Positions 12,378 through 25,289 of a stretch of 64,000 nt of DNA are shown here, piece by piece. The DNA is taken from contig CM052817.1 of the NCBI GenBank assembly GCA_028534125.1, positions 89,406,001 through 89,470,000 of the forward strand. Reading direction: 5' to 3'. The position numbers were made by a program, and so were the translations under genes. This DNA comes from Lama glama (Eukaryota). Within the stretch, counting starts at the first letter, position 1, and each line of letters starts with the position of its first letter. The notes below the pieces were generated by a model. That model was given only the letters and a program-made list of their open reading frames with translations, did not search any database and was not told the DNA's origin.

Positions 12378-15300
12378 GAGGATGTGGCCAAGACTGTAGA
12401 GCAGAAAGAACCTGAACTCACCTCCTCCTACAGGCACACTAAAATTACAACTATTTACAGAGCAGCTATCTATGAGAATGACTTTAAAACCAGCAAAAGA
12501 GATTTTCTACAACTAAAGATACACAGAAGGAACTGAAAAAAGCTGAGTAGAAGAGGTGGAGACACAGACCCACACTAGTCAACACCCACACTCCCCGGTA
12601 AGTGACACACAAAAAGGACTATAATCACCATTGCAGAGGCTCTCTCCAAGAAGAGAGGGCTTGGCCCCCTCACATTGGGGTCCCTCTGGCCAGGGGGTCC
12701 TACACTAGGAAGGCATGCCACTAAAACATCTGGCACTGAAAGCCAGAGAAGCTTGCATATGGGAAAGCCAGGGGGCTGTAGGAAACAGAGATTTCACTCT
12801 TAAAGGGTGCATGCGTAGGCGGTAATTTGAAGGGCTCAGGTTTCTGACCCAATTGCTGGTCTTGGAGAGTCTCCCGGAGAAGCAGTAGGCAACCGAATCT
12901 CCCTCTGGGGACAGAGATGCTGATGGCACCCATTTTGGGAAGCTATATTTACCAAAATACTGGTGCTGGCAAGTGCCATTATGGAGTCCTCCCCTTAACT
13001 ATTTGCATCAAGAGCTTACCTGCCCACCAAAGGACCAGCACCAGCCCTGGGACCCACATGGGCCCCATAGGCAGCAGCCACAGGACCTGGTCCCACTAAA
13101 CAGAGGGCCTGCACCAACCTCAGGACCCTCTTGGCTTTGCAGCCAGCTGCTCCAGAGCCAGGCCCCACTCACCAGTGGGTCAACAGCCATTGCTCAAGGC
13201 TGGACCAGGAATCACACCAGATCAGGGGCCAGCCCTGTCTACGAGCATGCACACAGCTGTTGGCCCCACCACAACAGAAGGGCCCACGCAGCTCACATAG
13301 GGGGAACCCATAAAACATAGCTCTGGTAACCAGGGGGAGAGAGTGAGCTGTTGGGACCCATAGAACATCTACATAAAGCTACTTTCCTAAGACTAGGAAA
13401 TATTACTGACCTAACTTATCAATAAAAATAAACACAGAGAACTAGGCAAAATAAGGAGACAGAGGAATATGTTCCAAAACAAGGAACAAGAAAAAATTCT
13501 CAGAAAAAGAACAAAACAAAGTGGAGATATCCAAAAAAAGGTCAAGGTAATGATCATAAAGATTCTCAATGAACTTTGGAGAAAACTGGATAAAAACAGT
13601 AAGAATTTTGACAAAGAATTAGAAAATATAAAGAAGAACCAAATAGCTGAAGAATACAAATTCAATAACTAAAATTAAAATTACACTAGAAAGAATCATC
13701 AGAAGATCTGATGATACAGAGGAAAGGATCAGTGAATCGAAAGACAGTAGTAGGAATCATCACACTGAACAGAAAATAGAAAAAAACCAAAACATTTATA
13801 TGAGGTTGGTTTAAGAGACCTCTGGGACATCAAGTATACTAACATTCACACTATAAGGGTCTCAGAAGGAAAAGAGAAAGAGAAAGAGACACGTCAAGAA
13901 TAAGAAAAGAATGCCCACACTCACCACTTTCATTCAAAATAGTATTACAAGTCCTAGACACATAATTAGATAAGAAAAAGAAATAAAAGGAATACAATTG
14001 AAAAGGAAGAATACATGAATCTATACATAATCAGATAACATGAATCTATACATAGAAATTCCTAAAAAGTTTCCAAAAAAAAACTATTAGAAGTAAAATA
14101 TGAATTCAGTAATGTTGCAGGATACAAAATTAATATACAGAAATCTGTTGCATTTCTGAACACTAATAACAAACTATTAGGAAGAGAATTAAGAAAACAA
14201 TCTCATTTACAATTGCATCAAAAACAATAAAATACTAGAAATAAATCTAACCAAAGAGATAAAAGACCTGGACTCAGGAAACTGTAATAAGACACTGATG
14301 AAAGAAATTGAAGATGACACAAACAAGTGAAAAGATATATATACTATGCAGGGATTGGAAAAATTAATATTGTTAAAATGACCATACTACCTGAAGCAAT
14401 CTATAGATTTAGTGTGATCCCTATCAAAATACCAACGGCATTTTTCATAGAACTAGAACAAATAATTCTAACATTTGTGTAGAAACACAGCAGATCCCAA
14501 ATAGCCCCATTATCTTGAGAAAGAACAAAGCTGGAGGTATCAGACTCTCTGATTTTACTATATTCCAAAGTTAAGTAATCAAAACAGTATGGTACTAGCA
14601 CAAAAACAGACACATAGATCAACAGAACAGAGTAGAGAGCCTTGAAATAAACCCATACTTATTTGGTCAACTGATCTATGACAAAGGAGGAAAGAATATA
14701 CAATGCAGAAGAGACAGCCTTTTTAATAAAAAGTATTGGAAAAACTGGTCAGCTACATGCAAAAGAATCAACCTGGACTACTTTCTCACACCATGTAAAC
14801 TCAAAATGGATTAAAGACTTAAATGTAAGGCATGAAACCATTAGATGAAAACAGAGGCAGTATGTTCACTGACAGCAGTCTTAGAAATATTTTTTTGGAT
14901 ATGTCTACCTAGGCAAGGGAAACAGGTGTAGAAATAAACCAATGGGATTACATGAAAGTAAAAAGCTTTTGAACAGCAAAGGAAACTATCAACAAATGAA
15001 AAGGCAGCCAATCAAATGGGAAAAGATATTTGCAAATAATATAGCCAGTAAGGGGTTAATAGCCAATCTATACAAAGAAGTCATACAACTCAACATTGTA
15101 AAAACAAATTGCCCAATTAAAAAATGGGGAGAGGACTTGAATAGACATTTTTCTCAAGAACATCTACACATGGCCAACAGGCACATGAAAAGACAACTTT
15201 CTGATCACTAATCATAAGAGAAATGCAAATTAAAATTTGTTAGATACAAGCTCACATCTATCAGAATGGCTATCATCAAAAAGATGACAAATAACAAATG

Positions 15301-15584
15301 TTGGTGAGGATGTGGAGAAAAGAGAAACTCATGCATTGTTGGTGGAAATGTAATCAGTGCAGCCTCTACGGAAAACAGTATGAAGGTTCTTCAAAAAATT
15401 AAAAATAGAACTACCGTACAATCCAGCAATTCCACTTCTCAACATTTATCCAAAAAAAACCCCAAAACACTCATCTGAAAATATATATGCATTCCAATGT
15501 TTATTGTAGCATAATTTACAATAGCCAAGATATGAAAGCAGCCCCAGTATCCATGGTTAGATGAATGGATAAAGAAGATGTGGT

Positions 15585-15650
<66 letters not shown>

Positions 15651-16111
15651 GAATATTACTCAGCCATAAAAAATGAAATCTTGTCATTTGTGACATGGAT
15701 GGATCTAGAGGGTATTATGCTAATTATACGAGGAAAGACAAATACCACATGATCTAACTTATATGTGAAATCTAAGAAACAAAACAAAGAAAACAAAATG
15801 AAAACAGATTCATGGATACAGAGAATACACTGGTAGTTGCCAGAATGGAGGGGTTTGAGGAGGGTAGGTGAAATAAGTGACAGAGATTAAGAGGTAGAAA
15901 CCTACAGTAATAATAATAAATAAGTCACAGGTATATATACACAGCATAAGGAATACGGTCAATAGTAATGCAGTAAGTTTGCATGAGACACATGTTTACT
16001 AGATTCATCATGATGATCATTTCATAATATATGCAAATGTCAAACCATTATGTAGTACACCTGAAACTAACATAATACTGTACACCAACTATATTTCTAT
16101 TTAAAAATAAA
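12378..16111 (+). mobile_element. L1 LINE with GC-rich 5'UTR, 5' half of ORF1 and 3' part of ORF2 plus 3'UTR; internally deleted (about 3.7 kb)
   Basis: 5'UTR at about 12378-13400; ORF1 start region (13469 MFQNKEQEK..); jump at about 13892 into the RT motif (S)GTRQGCPLSPL-like; ORF2 C-terminal remnants (14942-15211); 3'UTR ending ..CCTGAAACTAACATAATACTGTA..TTAAAAATAAA. Confidence 0.93.
15587..15648. repeat. (AC)n microsatellite, about 31 units, inside an L1
   Basis: Read directly from the sequence. Confidence 0.97.
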
Positions 16112-16245
16112 CTATGTACACATTAGCTAAAAACAAGATTATATCTTTGTCCAAGTATTCCAGTATATCGTAGGAAATAGCAACACAACCTTGCTGGTTT
16201 TTGCCTCCCAGGGTCAGCATAAAAAGCATTGTTAAATGGAGAAAC

Positions 16246-16260
16246 CCCTCTAGAGGGCCA
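16246..16260 (+). promoter_or_regulatory. Candidate CTCF site
   Basis: CCTCTAGAGGGC matches the CCASYAGRKGGC core with one mismatch, within a locally GC-rich, apparently unique patch. Confidence 0.35.
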
Positions 16261-18574
16261 CTCGCTGCCTGGTAGCACTGCTATCCCAGAGGGAGGGGCC
16301 TGCTAACCACTGCAGCTGCCCTGGCCTACTAAAGCTGAGGTTAGGATATTGAGACTGGCCTGAGGGGAAAAGTGTCATCTGTTCTCTGTAGATTTTTTGG
16401 CTTTGATTCAGTCAGCAGCTTTTTAAATGCCAGCATATTGTGGCTTTAAGGTTTAATTAAGGGATTAACATAACAAATCCAGGAAAAAGATAACCATATT
16501 ACATGGCTTTGGGTTTACCAGTAGAACATAAAAATATTTACGACAATTTGATTTTCTGCCTTTGGTAATATTTTTTCCAGATATAAGCTAAATCATGCAC
16601 ACAAAAACCAGTGAGCAGAGAACAGGCTTAACCATATGTTCAGTACAGAAACTACCAGAACATGTATAAACTTGTGTTGCTCAATACTATTAATTTTTAG
16701 TAATCACAAAAGTGTACTAAATCACTAACTGTAGTAAATACTAATAATGTGTTTCCTTCTAGTTGGTTTAGCAAAGAATTTTCAGGCATGTAAAGAAGCT
16801 AAAAACTCTGTTATTAAAGTTTCATGTTTTTAACAAAATTTATTCCCACTATCTTAGATTAGTATTATAAATACATAGTGGAAATGTAGTAAAGCAATGT
16901 CTGTTGCTGTCAGCATAAATGGCTAAAGGCTTCTTCAGGAGCAAACTTGTCTGTTAGGTCAAAGTGCTTTTGCAACTCACAGATGAGTTTCACAGTGCAG
17001 TATACTATCCAGGGTCTTTAACAGATAAGCGAGCCACGTACCAGGAGGTGATCTAAGTTTGGGGGCATATATCCTTCTCATTTCAATCCTAGATCTTCTC
17101 AACCAGTGTCTCATATAGTACTGCAATAGATTTGTGATAGAGGCAAAGGTAAAATTGTACCTTTTCTAACTTTATTTTATTTGGTTCAAATACAAGCAGG
17201 TTTTCATGGATTCCACTTTATTTTATAAATATTATTATAAAGGACACATGTAGTTGATTTATAGTTTTCATTCAGAAACATAAATAATAGAGATTAGTTT
17301 TCATTTGACTATAGTTCACAGCTCATGTGCATATGGTGAAAAAGAAAATCCTTCCTATTTAACTGCGCTGCAAATTCAGAAAACGAATGCAAGACAGTGT
17401 TCTAAAAGGAGATAACCAAATAATACACAGCCTGCTCAGACCTCCCTTTCTCAAATTCATGGCCATTAAATCTGTCAAGTACAAGTCTATTGACTTTTCC
17501 ATGTACCTTTGCTTGAGGAAGTAAATTCTGAATATTTAAAAGCTTATTATTTTGTGGGAGCTTATTTTCTAGGTGGCAGTGAAGAACAGAAGTTTTGGCA
17601 TTCTCTCTGGCATGACCTAAAAACCAGATGATAAAAGATAGAGGAAGACAAGTTTAAAATAAAATAATAGTTGCATGAGACACAGTAAATATGAATATAA
17701 GAATAAGTTATGTTTATTTGGAGAATTTCCTCAAGGATTTATTGCAACCTCAAACAACTATATAATTGTCTGTGCACTTATATTGTTCTGTACTGTTCAA
17801 AATAACACTACTTGTGATTCAGTCTAGGAGACAATGGTCCACAATCTGAACAGAGATTTTGCAAATTATTTGCTTTGTATAAAGTATTTTCTGTCTGGGA
17901 TTTCAACAGTTAGAATAAATGAGAGAAACTGGTCACCTGTGGGGATCTTTCCAGTGGCCATTCTAAGACACACTCTTAAAATATATCAATGATTAAGTGG
18001 ATGAAATGTCTCTTCTTGATTCATCAGGAAGAAATCAATCTAAAATGCTCTTACTAAAAAAATGAACTCATTTTGTCAGTTTTCAGATGAGGTAAAGCTG
18101 AATGACAGAAGTATTTGGTGACTGAAACCAAGAAAGAGGAAACAAAGAGTAAAAAATTAGTGTCACTCTATAAAGGGAAAATTCTTGGGAGTATGTATTG
18201 TAAATCAGATAGAAAGAGTGAAGATCTTCCTTGTTCACATCCAGCTAAATACAGGTCATTTGTTTCCAAAGACTTTCAGGAAAAATCCTATTAATTGCCC
18301 TGAGATTCACCTAGGAAGTCTGCAAGAATCTGAAATAATTGCATTTGATAAGATAAATATCAATTACATTCATTATGCCTCCATCCTTGGAGTTGGGGTT
18401 TTCTGAATTTCATGCAAATTAAAGTATCTTTAAAATATGATAAGGAAAGATAGTCACCCACACAAAACTTGAAATGCTTTCCAAAAGTTAGGGATAGGTT
18501 GGGAAATTGATGTTTGCCACTTAAATCTGCAATTATTCACTGAGTGAAACAACATTAACACCTAAAAAACAGAA

Positions 18575-19575
18575 ACTGTTTATGCTGCTTCTATGTCTAC
18601 TTCATCACCACAAATCTTGTATCCTAAAACAATACTCACTTATTATCTCTCTTAAAAGATAAACTGAGGCATATTAAAATTTTTAAGAGTTTGAGTAAAA
18701 ATCAGTTCCAGTCGAGCAGCATTCAAGCCAGCAGATAGAAAAGAGCTCTGAGAAGCTATACAAAATGAAAGATTTTCATGAGTAGAAAGGAGAAGGAACA
18801 AGAAAGTTACACAAGGCAAAAAAGCAAGTTGGTTATTGCAAGGTTAGTTTTTTTTTAAGGAATGGCAGGAATTCATCAAGAAGATATTCTAACTAGTTCT
18901 GACAGGAAATTTCTGACTGACTGTTTAAGATTCCATTTCTGGGAGAGCCAAAACAGTAATTAAGTTAAATCTCACTTTCGTGATGTGGTGTTTAGCATAA
19001 GTGACTCCATTTTGAGACTACTATCTTGGTTTTTACCACCTCACAAACTTCTCTAGTCAGAAAGCTAGTTTGCCTTTCTGCTTTGGATAACACATAACTG
19101 AAATCAAAACCAAGTGTTGACCAGGCTGAGTTTTTTTCTGGAGTCTCCTGGGAAAAATCTGCTCACAAATCATTCCTGTACGTTGAGAGAGAATTCATTT
19201 CTTTGTGGTAATATGACTCAAACCCATTTTCTTGCTGGCTGGAGGTTGGAGGTCATTCTCAGCTTCTAGAGGCCACTCTAAATTCCTTTTCTCATGGCCC
19301 CCATCTGCAAGCCAGTAATGGCTCAATGACTCATGCTAGTGCTTCAAGTCTCTGACTTGGTCTTCTGCAACAATCTGAGAAAAACTCTCCTTTTAAAAAC
19401 TGTTGTGATCAGATCAGGCCTGCTTAGACAAATATACCTTAAAGTCAGCCATGTCATAGAACATAGCCTAATCCTGGGAGCAAAACCCATCATATTCAGC
19501 TAGGGAATTATTCAGGACATATACCAGAGAGAATAGGAGATCTTTGGGGAAACCTTAGAATTTTGTCTAATACAA
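18575..19575 (-). mobile_element. MaLR MLT1 LTR, interrupted by an ERV1-type LTR
   Basis: CACCACAAATCTTG..TAAAACAATACTCACTTATTATCTC / CTCACAAACTTCT..AAATCAA..GTGTTGACCAGGCTG..TTAGAATTTTGTCTAATACA. Confidence 0.65.
18650..19038 (-). mobile_element. ERV1-class solo LTR nested in MLT1
   Basis: TTAAAAGATAAACTGAGGCATATTAAAATT..GACTCCATTTTG..GGTTTTTACCA; splits the MLT1 at TCTC/CCTC (degenerate 4-bp TSD). Confidence 0.6.
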
Positions 19576-21394
19576 CCAGCTAATTACTTTTGGCCTATAA
19601 ATTGAGCTCTTAAACAAGTTTTTCACATTTATCCACTTTAGAAAAGTATTTTCAATTATCATGCCAGATATATTTTAGTTACAGCAGTTAATTATTATTC
19701 ATGTTTAATAATTAGGGCCTTTGAATCTGAAGTGATTAAATTGATAATTTATTTTTTCTGAAATTATAATTTGATGAATCAACCAAAGTGTGGTCAGCTT
19801 CCGAATCCTTCTTGAAATGGTCAGTTACCACCTCATCCCTGAGAATTACGTTTTGCTTAATTGTCCTAGGTTCAATTTTCCCTACTCCATTATCTTCCTA
19901 CTTACACTAAAATTTGATTGCTAGTTATTCAAATGCTATCTATTTATAAAAAGAAATCCCATAAGCAAAGTCTTGTTTTAAAAGGTCATTTAAATAGGTG
20001 GGAGAATATAAAATCTTATGATGGAAAAAGGGATATTTATGATGCTTCTGTGAACATGACTAAACTGAAATATTGAAGGTTTCAAACAAAAATAGATAAA
20101 ATAATGAATCTATTATATGACAAATTCTCACATAGTCTCAGAATTGCCTCCTTTTTTCTTTCCTTTTTGCTAGTTTTAGTTTGCCAAAAGGTTTAATGAA
20201 ATATAACAAGTTAAAGATAACTCAATTAACTTCATCCCTAATTCACACTTTCCAATATTTTATCATCACTTTCAATGATACCACCTTTCTCTGGTGTTTC
20301 CTTCTTTGACTTCTGCTCCTTCACTGCTCTTTACATTCAATAATAAAGGCATGAACCCCTTTGAGAGTCTGATAAAAATCCATTGATCTTCATCATATAA
20401 AGTTATGTGGGAATATATGCACATATACACAACATTTTGCTTTCAATTTGAAGACTCACTGAGTGCCTAAAACTATCTCCATTTCATATCTCTTAAGTTT
20501 TGTTTTTTATCTCTCTGAAAAGTTTTATATTCACATTCTCTCTCCATTTCTAGAGCTCTCATCCTCACACTTCATTTACTGCAGTCATTTTCTTGCCGTT
20601 TCCAGACACTAATGAATTCATATTCAGTGCACTCTACACACAGATAAGGTTTAAACTATTTTTTCTCAAAAAAACTCTTCCAATATATTCATTTACTCAA
20701 AAGTCTCACTCTCTGTATTTGAGTGCTCATTCCTTTTATCTAAACTTACAAAGGCCCTTTCATCTCTTTTCCCTAAACTCACTGCCTTATCCTGTCCCCT
20801 AATTACTGGTTGTGGAAAATACTAAAGCATGTGTTTTCCTGGCTCCAACCAAATTCAAATACTTTCCTTTAACTGAAACTGACTTCTTCCTTGCTGCCTG
20901 CTTGTTTTTCTTTGCAGGTGACTTCCCAGTCATCGTCAGTGCCCTCGCTTCACCCATCTGCTCTTCTGCAGTATGTTAATTTGACATATCTTACCTTACC
21001 ATCCCACTTTTACTTAAGAATATTATGTTTCCTGTAAAGGCACAGGTACACATGTAGTTAAATACTTGCAGTAAACCTAGAAACAAGCCAATAAATTATA
21101 TCTTCTATAATTTTCAAAGAAAGAAAAAAGCTAATTTTAATAGAACTAAATATAGTTTGAAATTTTGTTTTAAAGTTTACTGTTAATTGCCTTAAAAATA
21201 ATTTTCATGTAACACATTACCTAAAGGCACATACACAGACATACAACCTTTAAAATAAAATATAAGGTAAAACAGAACATTTTTATTCTCTTTGACAAAA
21301 ATAAATGGAATGGGATAAGTTCTCAGGAGTTGCTCAGAGGTTAATTCTTTGATAAAGCAATTCATAGATAAGATATTAAAAAAAATAAACTCCA

Positions 21395-21930
21395 AGGTGG
21401 GAGGGGCAATATAGGGGTAAGAAATTAAGAGGTACAAACTATTAAGTATAAAATAAGTTACAAGGATATATTGTGCAACATGAGAAATATAAAAAGTATC
21501 CATATGAGATCGCTCATATGTGGAATCTAAAAAAAAAAAAACACAGCGTAAATACAGGACAGAAATAGACTCATAGACATAGAATACAGACTTGTGGTTG
21601 TCAGGGGGGCAGAGGGTGAGAAGGGATAGACTGGGATTTCAAAATTGTAGAATAGATAAACAAGATTATACTGTATAGCACAGGGAATCACAGAGGAAAA
21701 AATGTGATAATGAGTGTGTATATGTTCATGTATGACTGAAAAATTGTGCTGAACACTAGAATTTGACACATTGTAAAGTGATTATAAATCAATAAAAAAT
21801 GTTAAAAAAATAAATAAACTTTTACACAAGAAACCAACAATAATGGTTACCTATTTATGAAGAGGAAAAAAATATTCTATAATAACTACAAATGGAATGT
21901 AACCTTTAAAACTTATAAATCACTATATTA
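21395..21930 (+). mobile_element. Older 5'-truncated L1 3'UTR, interrupted by a younger L1 3' end
   Basis: GGGGTAAGAAATTAAGAGGTACAAACTATT..GAAATATA [insert] AATATTCTATAATAACT..TCAATAAAAA; TSD-like AAA(T)ACTCCAA on both flanks. Confidence 0.8.
21492..21870 (+). mobile_element. Young lineage-specific L1 3' end (5'-truncated) with extra 3' sequence
   Basis: Highly similar to 38880-39097 (AAGGGATAGACTGGGATTTCAAAATTGTAGAATAGATAAA..TGACTGAAAAATTGTGCTGAACACT..); AATAAA and A-tail at about 21791-21818. Confidence 0.88.
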
Positions 21931-22247
21931 TACACATGTAATTTATATTATATTATACATTAACTACGTGTCAATAAAAATGAATAAATAAATACTCCAA
22001 CACAGGAAGCAGAGTTTTTGACCCTGTACTGTACCTACATCCTGATGTCTAATAACAGAACAAAGGGGAAAAAAAGAAAAAAGTGGAAAAATAAATCATG
22101 AATTACACTAGCATCTGGCACAGGGAAATGGTAACGGTTTCAAGAGGAAGCTTTACCATGAAAAGTCCTGAATGACATGAAATGACTGAGAGGAACACTA
22201 GCAAACGAATAGTCCTTTTGTGGTGGTAAGGTTTAGCCTAGGTTTAG

Positions 22248-22287
22248 CGTAATAAGCCAGTACAAGCATGTGTACTGGCTTATTACG
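22248..22287. repeat. Perfect inverted repeat, 17-bp arms, 6-nt spacer
   Basis: CGTAATAAGCCAGTACA-AGCATG-TGTACTGGCTTATTACG. Confidence 0.95.
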
Positions 22288-23334
22288 GCTCTTTCCTGGT
22301 GCCATGGTCCCAGGCCAGAGATAAAAGAGGCCCTTTGGCCACTGGTCTCCTTGAATACAGATAAAGTAGTAATGCAATCAGCAATGGATGCACAGATTCT
22401 TTGCCTAAGTGTCTGGGAAGTATGTCAATTCTCTGAGTGACATCAGCAAAATCAATCAATAATCAATGCAGCTACTTGGAAATAGAAGTACCTTCAGGGA
22501 TTATGGGGAGTAAGGGTGGGCAAAATGTAGTAGTGAAAATTAAACTTAATAGCAGCACCTTTCACTTTTCGATGCTGAAAGGAAGAATTTGGGTGATTTA
22601 GGTACAGAATAATTGCTACATTATTATTTTGCACCATAACTGTACCTCTAGGCTGATGGCCTAAGGAAATACCTGTTATATTTATATTTACATTTTAGTT
22701 GATACAGATTAGGCATTGTGAGAATTCAGAGTTTGTCAAATCAACACTATAAAGTGACATTATAACAGTCTGCCTTGAGAGGTGCTGTAAACCATTCCCT
22801 TTAGAATGGGAGATTTTTCTGTTCCCTTCTTCACATTGCATATAGAGAATCACTTCTATTAGACTAATACTTGCCATAGAAAATATTAATTGATTAAAAA
22901 GTAGCTTTTTGAAGATAGAGTAATATGTAGACACCATGTAGTTCACTTGCTTCCCTTGCATTATCTGTAGGTTTTTAATTGAAATGCATGAGATAATATC
23001 AGTATTTAGCAACGTCTGAATATGCTTAGCTTGGACATGTTTAGATGTTAGCCTCCTTTACTAACAATAAAGGAAGAGTAAGCCCAGATTTTGCAGTAAG
23101 CCCAAATTTTTTATTTATCAAGAGAAGAAGGTGAAAGTCAAAGCTAACGTCACCTGTCTAAAGCATTTAGGATAATAATAATGATACATATGGCCTGTAT
23201 TTCAGAGTATGGCAGCAGTTTTTAACAATTCAACATTTAAGTAGACAAGAAAAATGTAAATTTTATACAAATTGACAACCAAATTTTACATTATTAAAAT
23301 ATTTTGAATGGGTGTAAATGTTTCACTAAAGAGT

Positions 23335-23530
23335 AGGATTTGTTTTCCAGTTCAGCTTTTGCATTAATACCTGTGAGATCTTGTCAATTAACTGAAACTT
23401 AGGAATACATTTTTATTAAGTAGAGATGAAAAAAATCTGTAACTCATAGGTTATAATGGGTCTAAATGAGAAAATGAGGTGAAATCATGTTGCAATGGCA
23501 AAGAGGAAAGTAAATTCTAGTTATATTATT
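23335..23530 (+). mobile_element. MIR SINE, degenerate
   Basis: TTCCAGTTCAGCTTTTGCATTAATACCTGTGAGATCTTG..ACTCATAGGTTATAATGGGTCTAAATGAGAAAATG. Confidence 0.5.
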
Positions 23531-25289
23531 GTACTTGTTAAATATGTACAGTTAGGGTAAGTATAAGAAAGTGCTACTTTAAACAGAGTAATAAATTCAT
23601 AAATTGATTAAAATCCAAGCTAGACAATGTTAAAAATGACTTTGTAAAATTGTTTAAATATTGAAAGTAAAAGAAACATGATGAATAAACAATGAAAAAT
23701 GGATTGGGGTAAATCTCTGGCTTTTAAAGAATATTATTACTGTCAAAGCAGCACTTCTTAATTAGATGCTTTGTAAATGTGTACTGGCATTTTCTTCTTA
23801 ATATTGGCTAAATGTTTTGATTAATCATTACAATACTGCATAAGATAGTCTTTTGCAGCCCCAAACGTCAATAGTGCCTATTTATGAAAATACACAGACT
23901 GTATGAAACAACTACTCTACACTTAAGTCTCCTGTCAGCTTACAGTCTGTTTCCTGTATCATTCAGTGGAAAGTTGGGAGAGATCAAAGAAACTGCCTTA
24001 ACTAAAGTGTTGGAAAAGTCAGTTTCTAATCCCAACTCTAAAATAACTGCATTTGGGTATTTGGTCCTCTGAACTTTAACAAGCCTCAATCTCCTCTTAT
24101 GTAAGATCAAATTATGAATGTTTCCAGTTCCATTGATATAAATATATACTTATGTATATATACCAATGGAATCCTATGAATATAAAAAGGATCTTCCCCT
24201 CCTTTACATTACAAAAAAAGAAACTCACACTTAGTGGTAGCTGTTGACACTCATTGACAAGAGCTCCTATGCATTCAACAATACACTAAATGAATTTGTT
24301 TTTCATTAAATCCAATAGCTCCTGCAAACTCGAAAAATGACTGTGCTTAAATAATGCCTTGTGCTTTTTTGGCTTCATTCAGATCTAATTTGCCAGATGA
24401 TCAGGCACCAAGAAATATTTTCTTTAGCCTATGCAGAATTTTTAAAAATTGAGTCAATGTTCAAACATTGAATTTATTAAGCTAAAGTTGATTTCTAAGT
24501 TCTTTTGGCATGCTCAAAAATGATGGAAATCATCATCTCGATCTTGGATACAGCATATGCTTCTCCATTTCACCTCATCCTCCAGCTCTTTATTTTTTTT
24601 TCTTTAGCCTGATTACTTTTTTAAAATTCATTTTGTTTTCTGCTTGGTCCCATAAGGCACCTAATTTCCACTGTACACTTTGATTATATTCCTCTTTATT
24701 TTATCCAGCCTCTCCTTAATTCTGTAATGACAAAATAAACTCATCTTGTTAAACCTAAATCCAAATAATCCTTCTCCTATATATCAATAAAAGAGTAACA
24801 AAGCAAAAACAAACTCAAATGCAAATAAAAGTAGGCAATTTATTTCCTCTCGTATTAACTACCTGCAGTTATCCCATGTTTCCTTCCCTACACAGGTTCC
24901 TTTATCTTCTCTCAAGTGAAGTGATCCAGATTCCCCCAGAACAATTCTTTAGCTTCTAATTTAATTTATGTATAATCTAATATACATTAATAATAAAAAT
25001 TTTAGACAAAGTTTAGGAATGTGAATTCTTCTAGTAGACAATAGGAAAAGCTTTTTTAAGTAGAATAGCTGTGAAAATCCATGCAAAATGTTATCACATG
25101 GCTGTCTATTAGCTCCACCAACAAATTGAGTTGGCCTAGAGATAGTAAACAGATTGAAAAACTAAGGTATTGTGGTTAACTGAAAATAATACTCAAAGTA
25201 AACTCAGTATTCCTCAAAGATTACATCAAGATTGGCAGTAATATTTAATTTTAGTGAGTAAAAAACATTGAGATTTCCTTTTGGTTTTT

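Noticed and set aside
12705..13320. Cluster of overlapping ORFs in GC-rich sequence, resembling an exon or CpG island
   Set aside because: It lies within an L1 5'UTR, where GC richness explains the scarcity of stop codons. The same applies to 2301-2639.
17565..17582. CTAGGTGGCAG partial CTCF-like motif (also GCCCAGGGGGTGC at about 47801)
   Set aside because: The 5' CC of the core is missing or other key positions mismatch; too weak without data.
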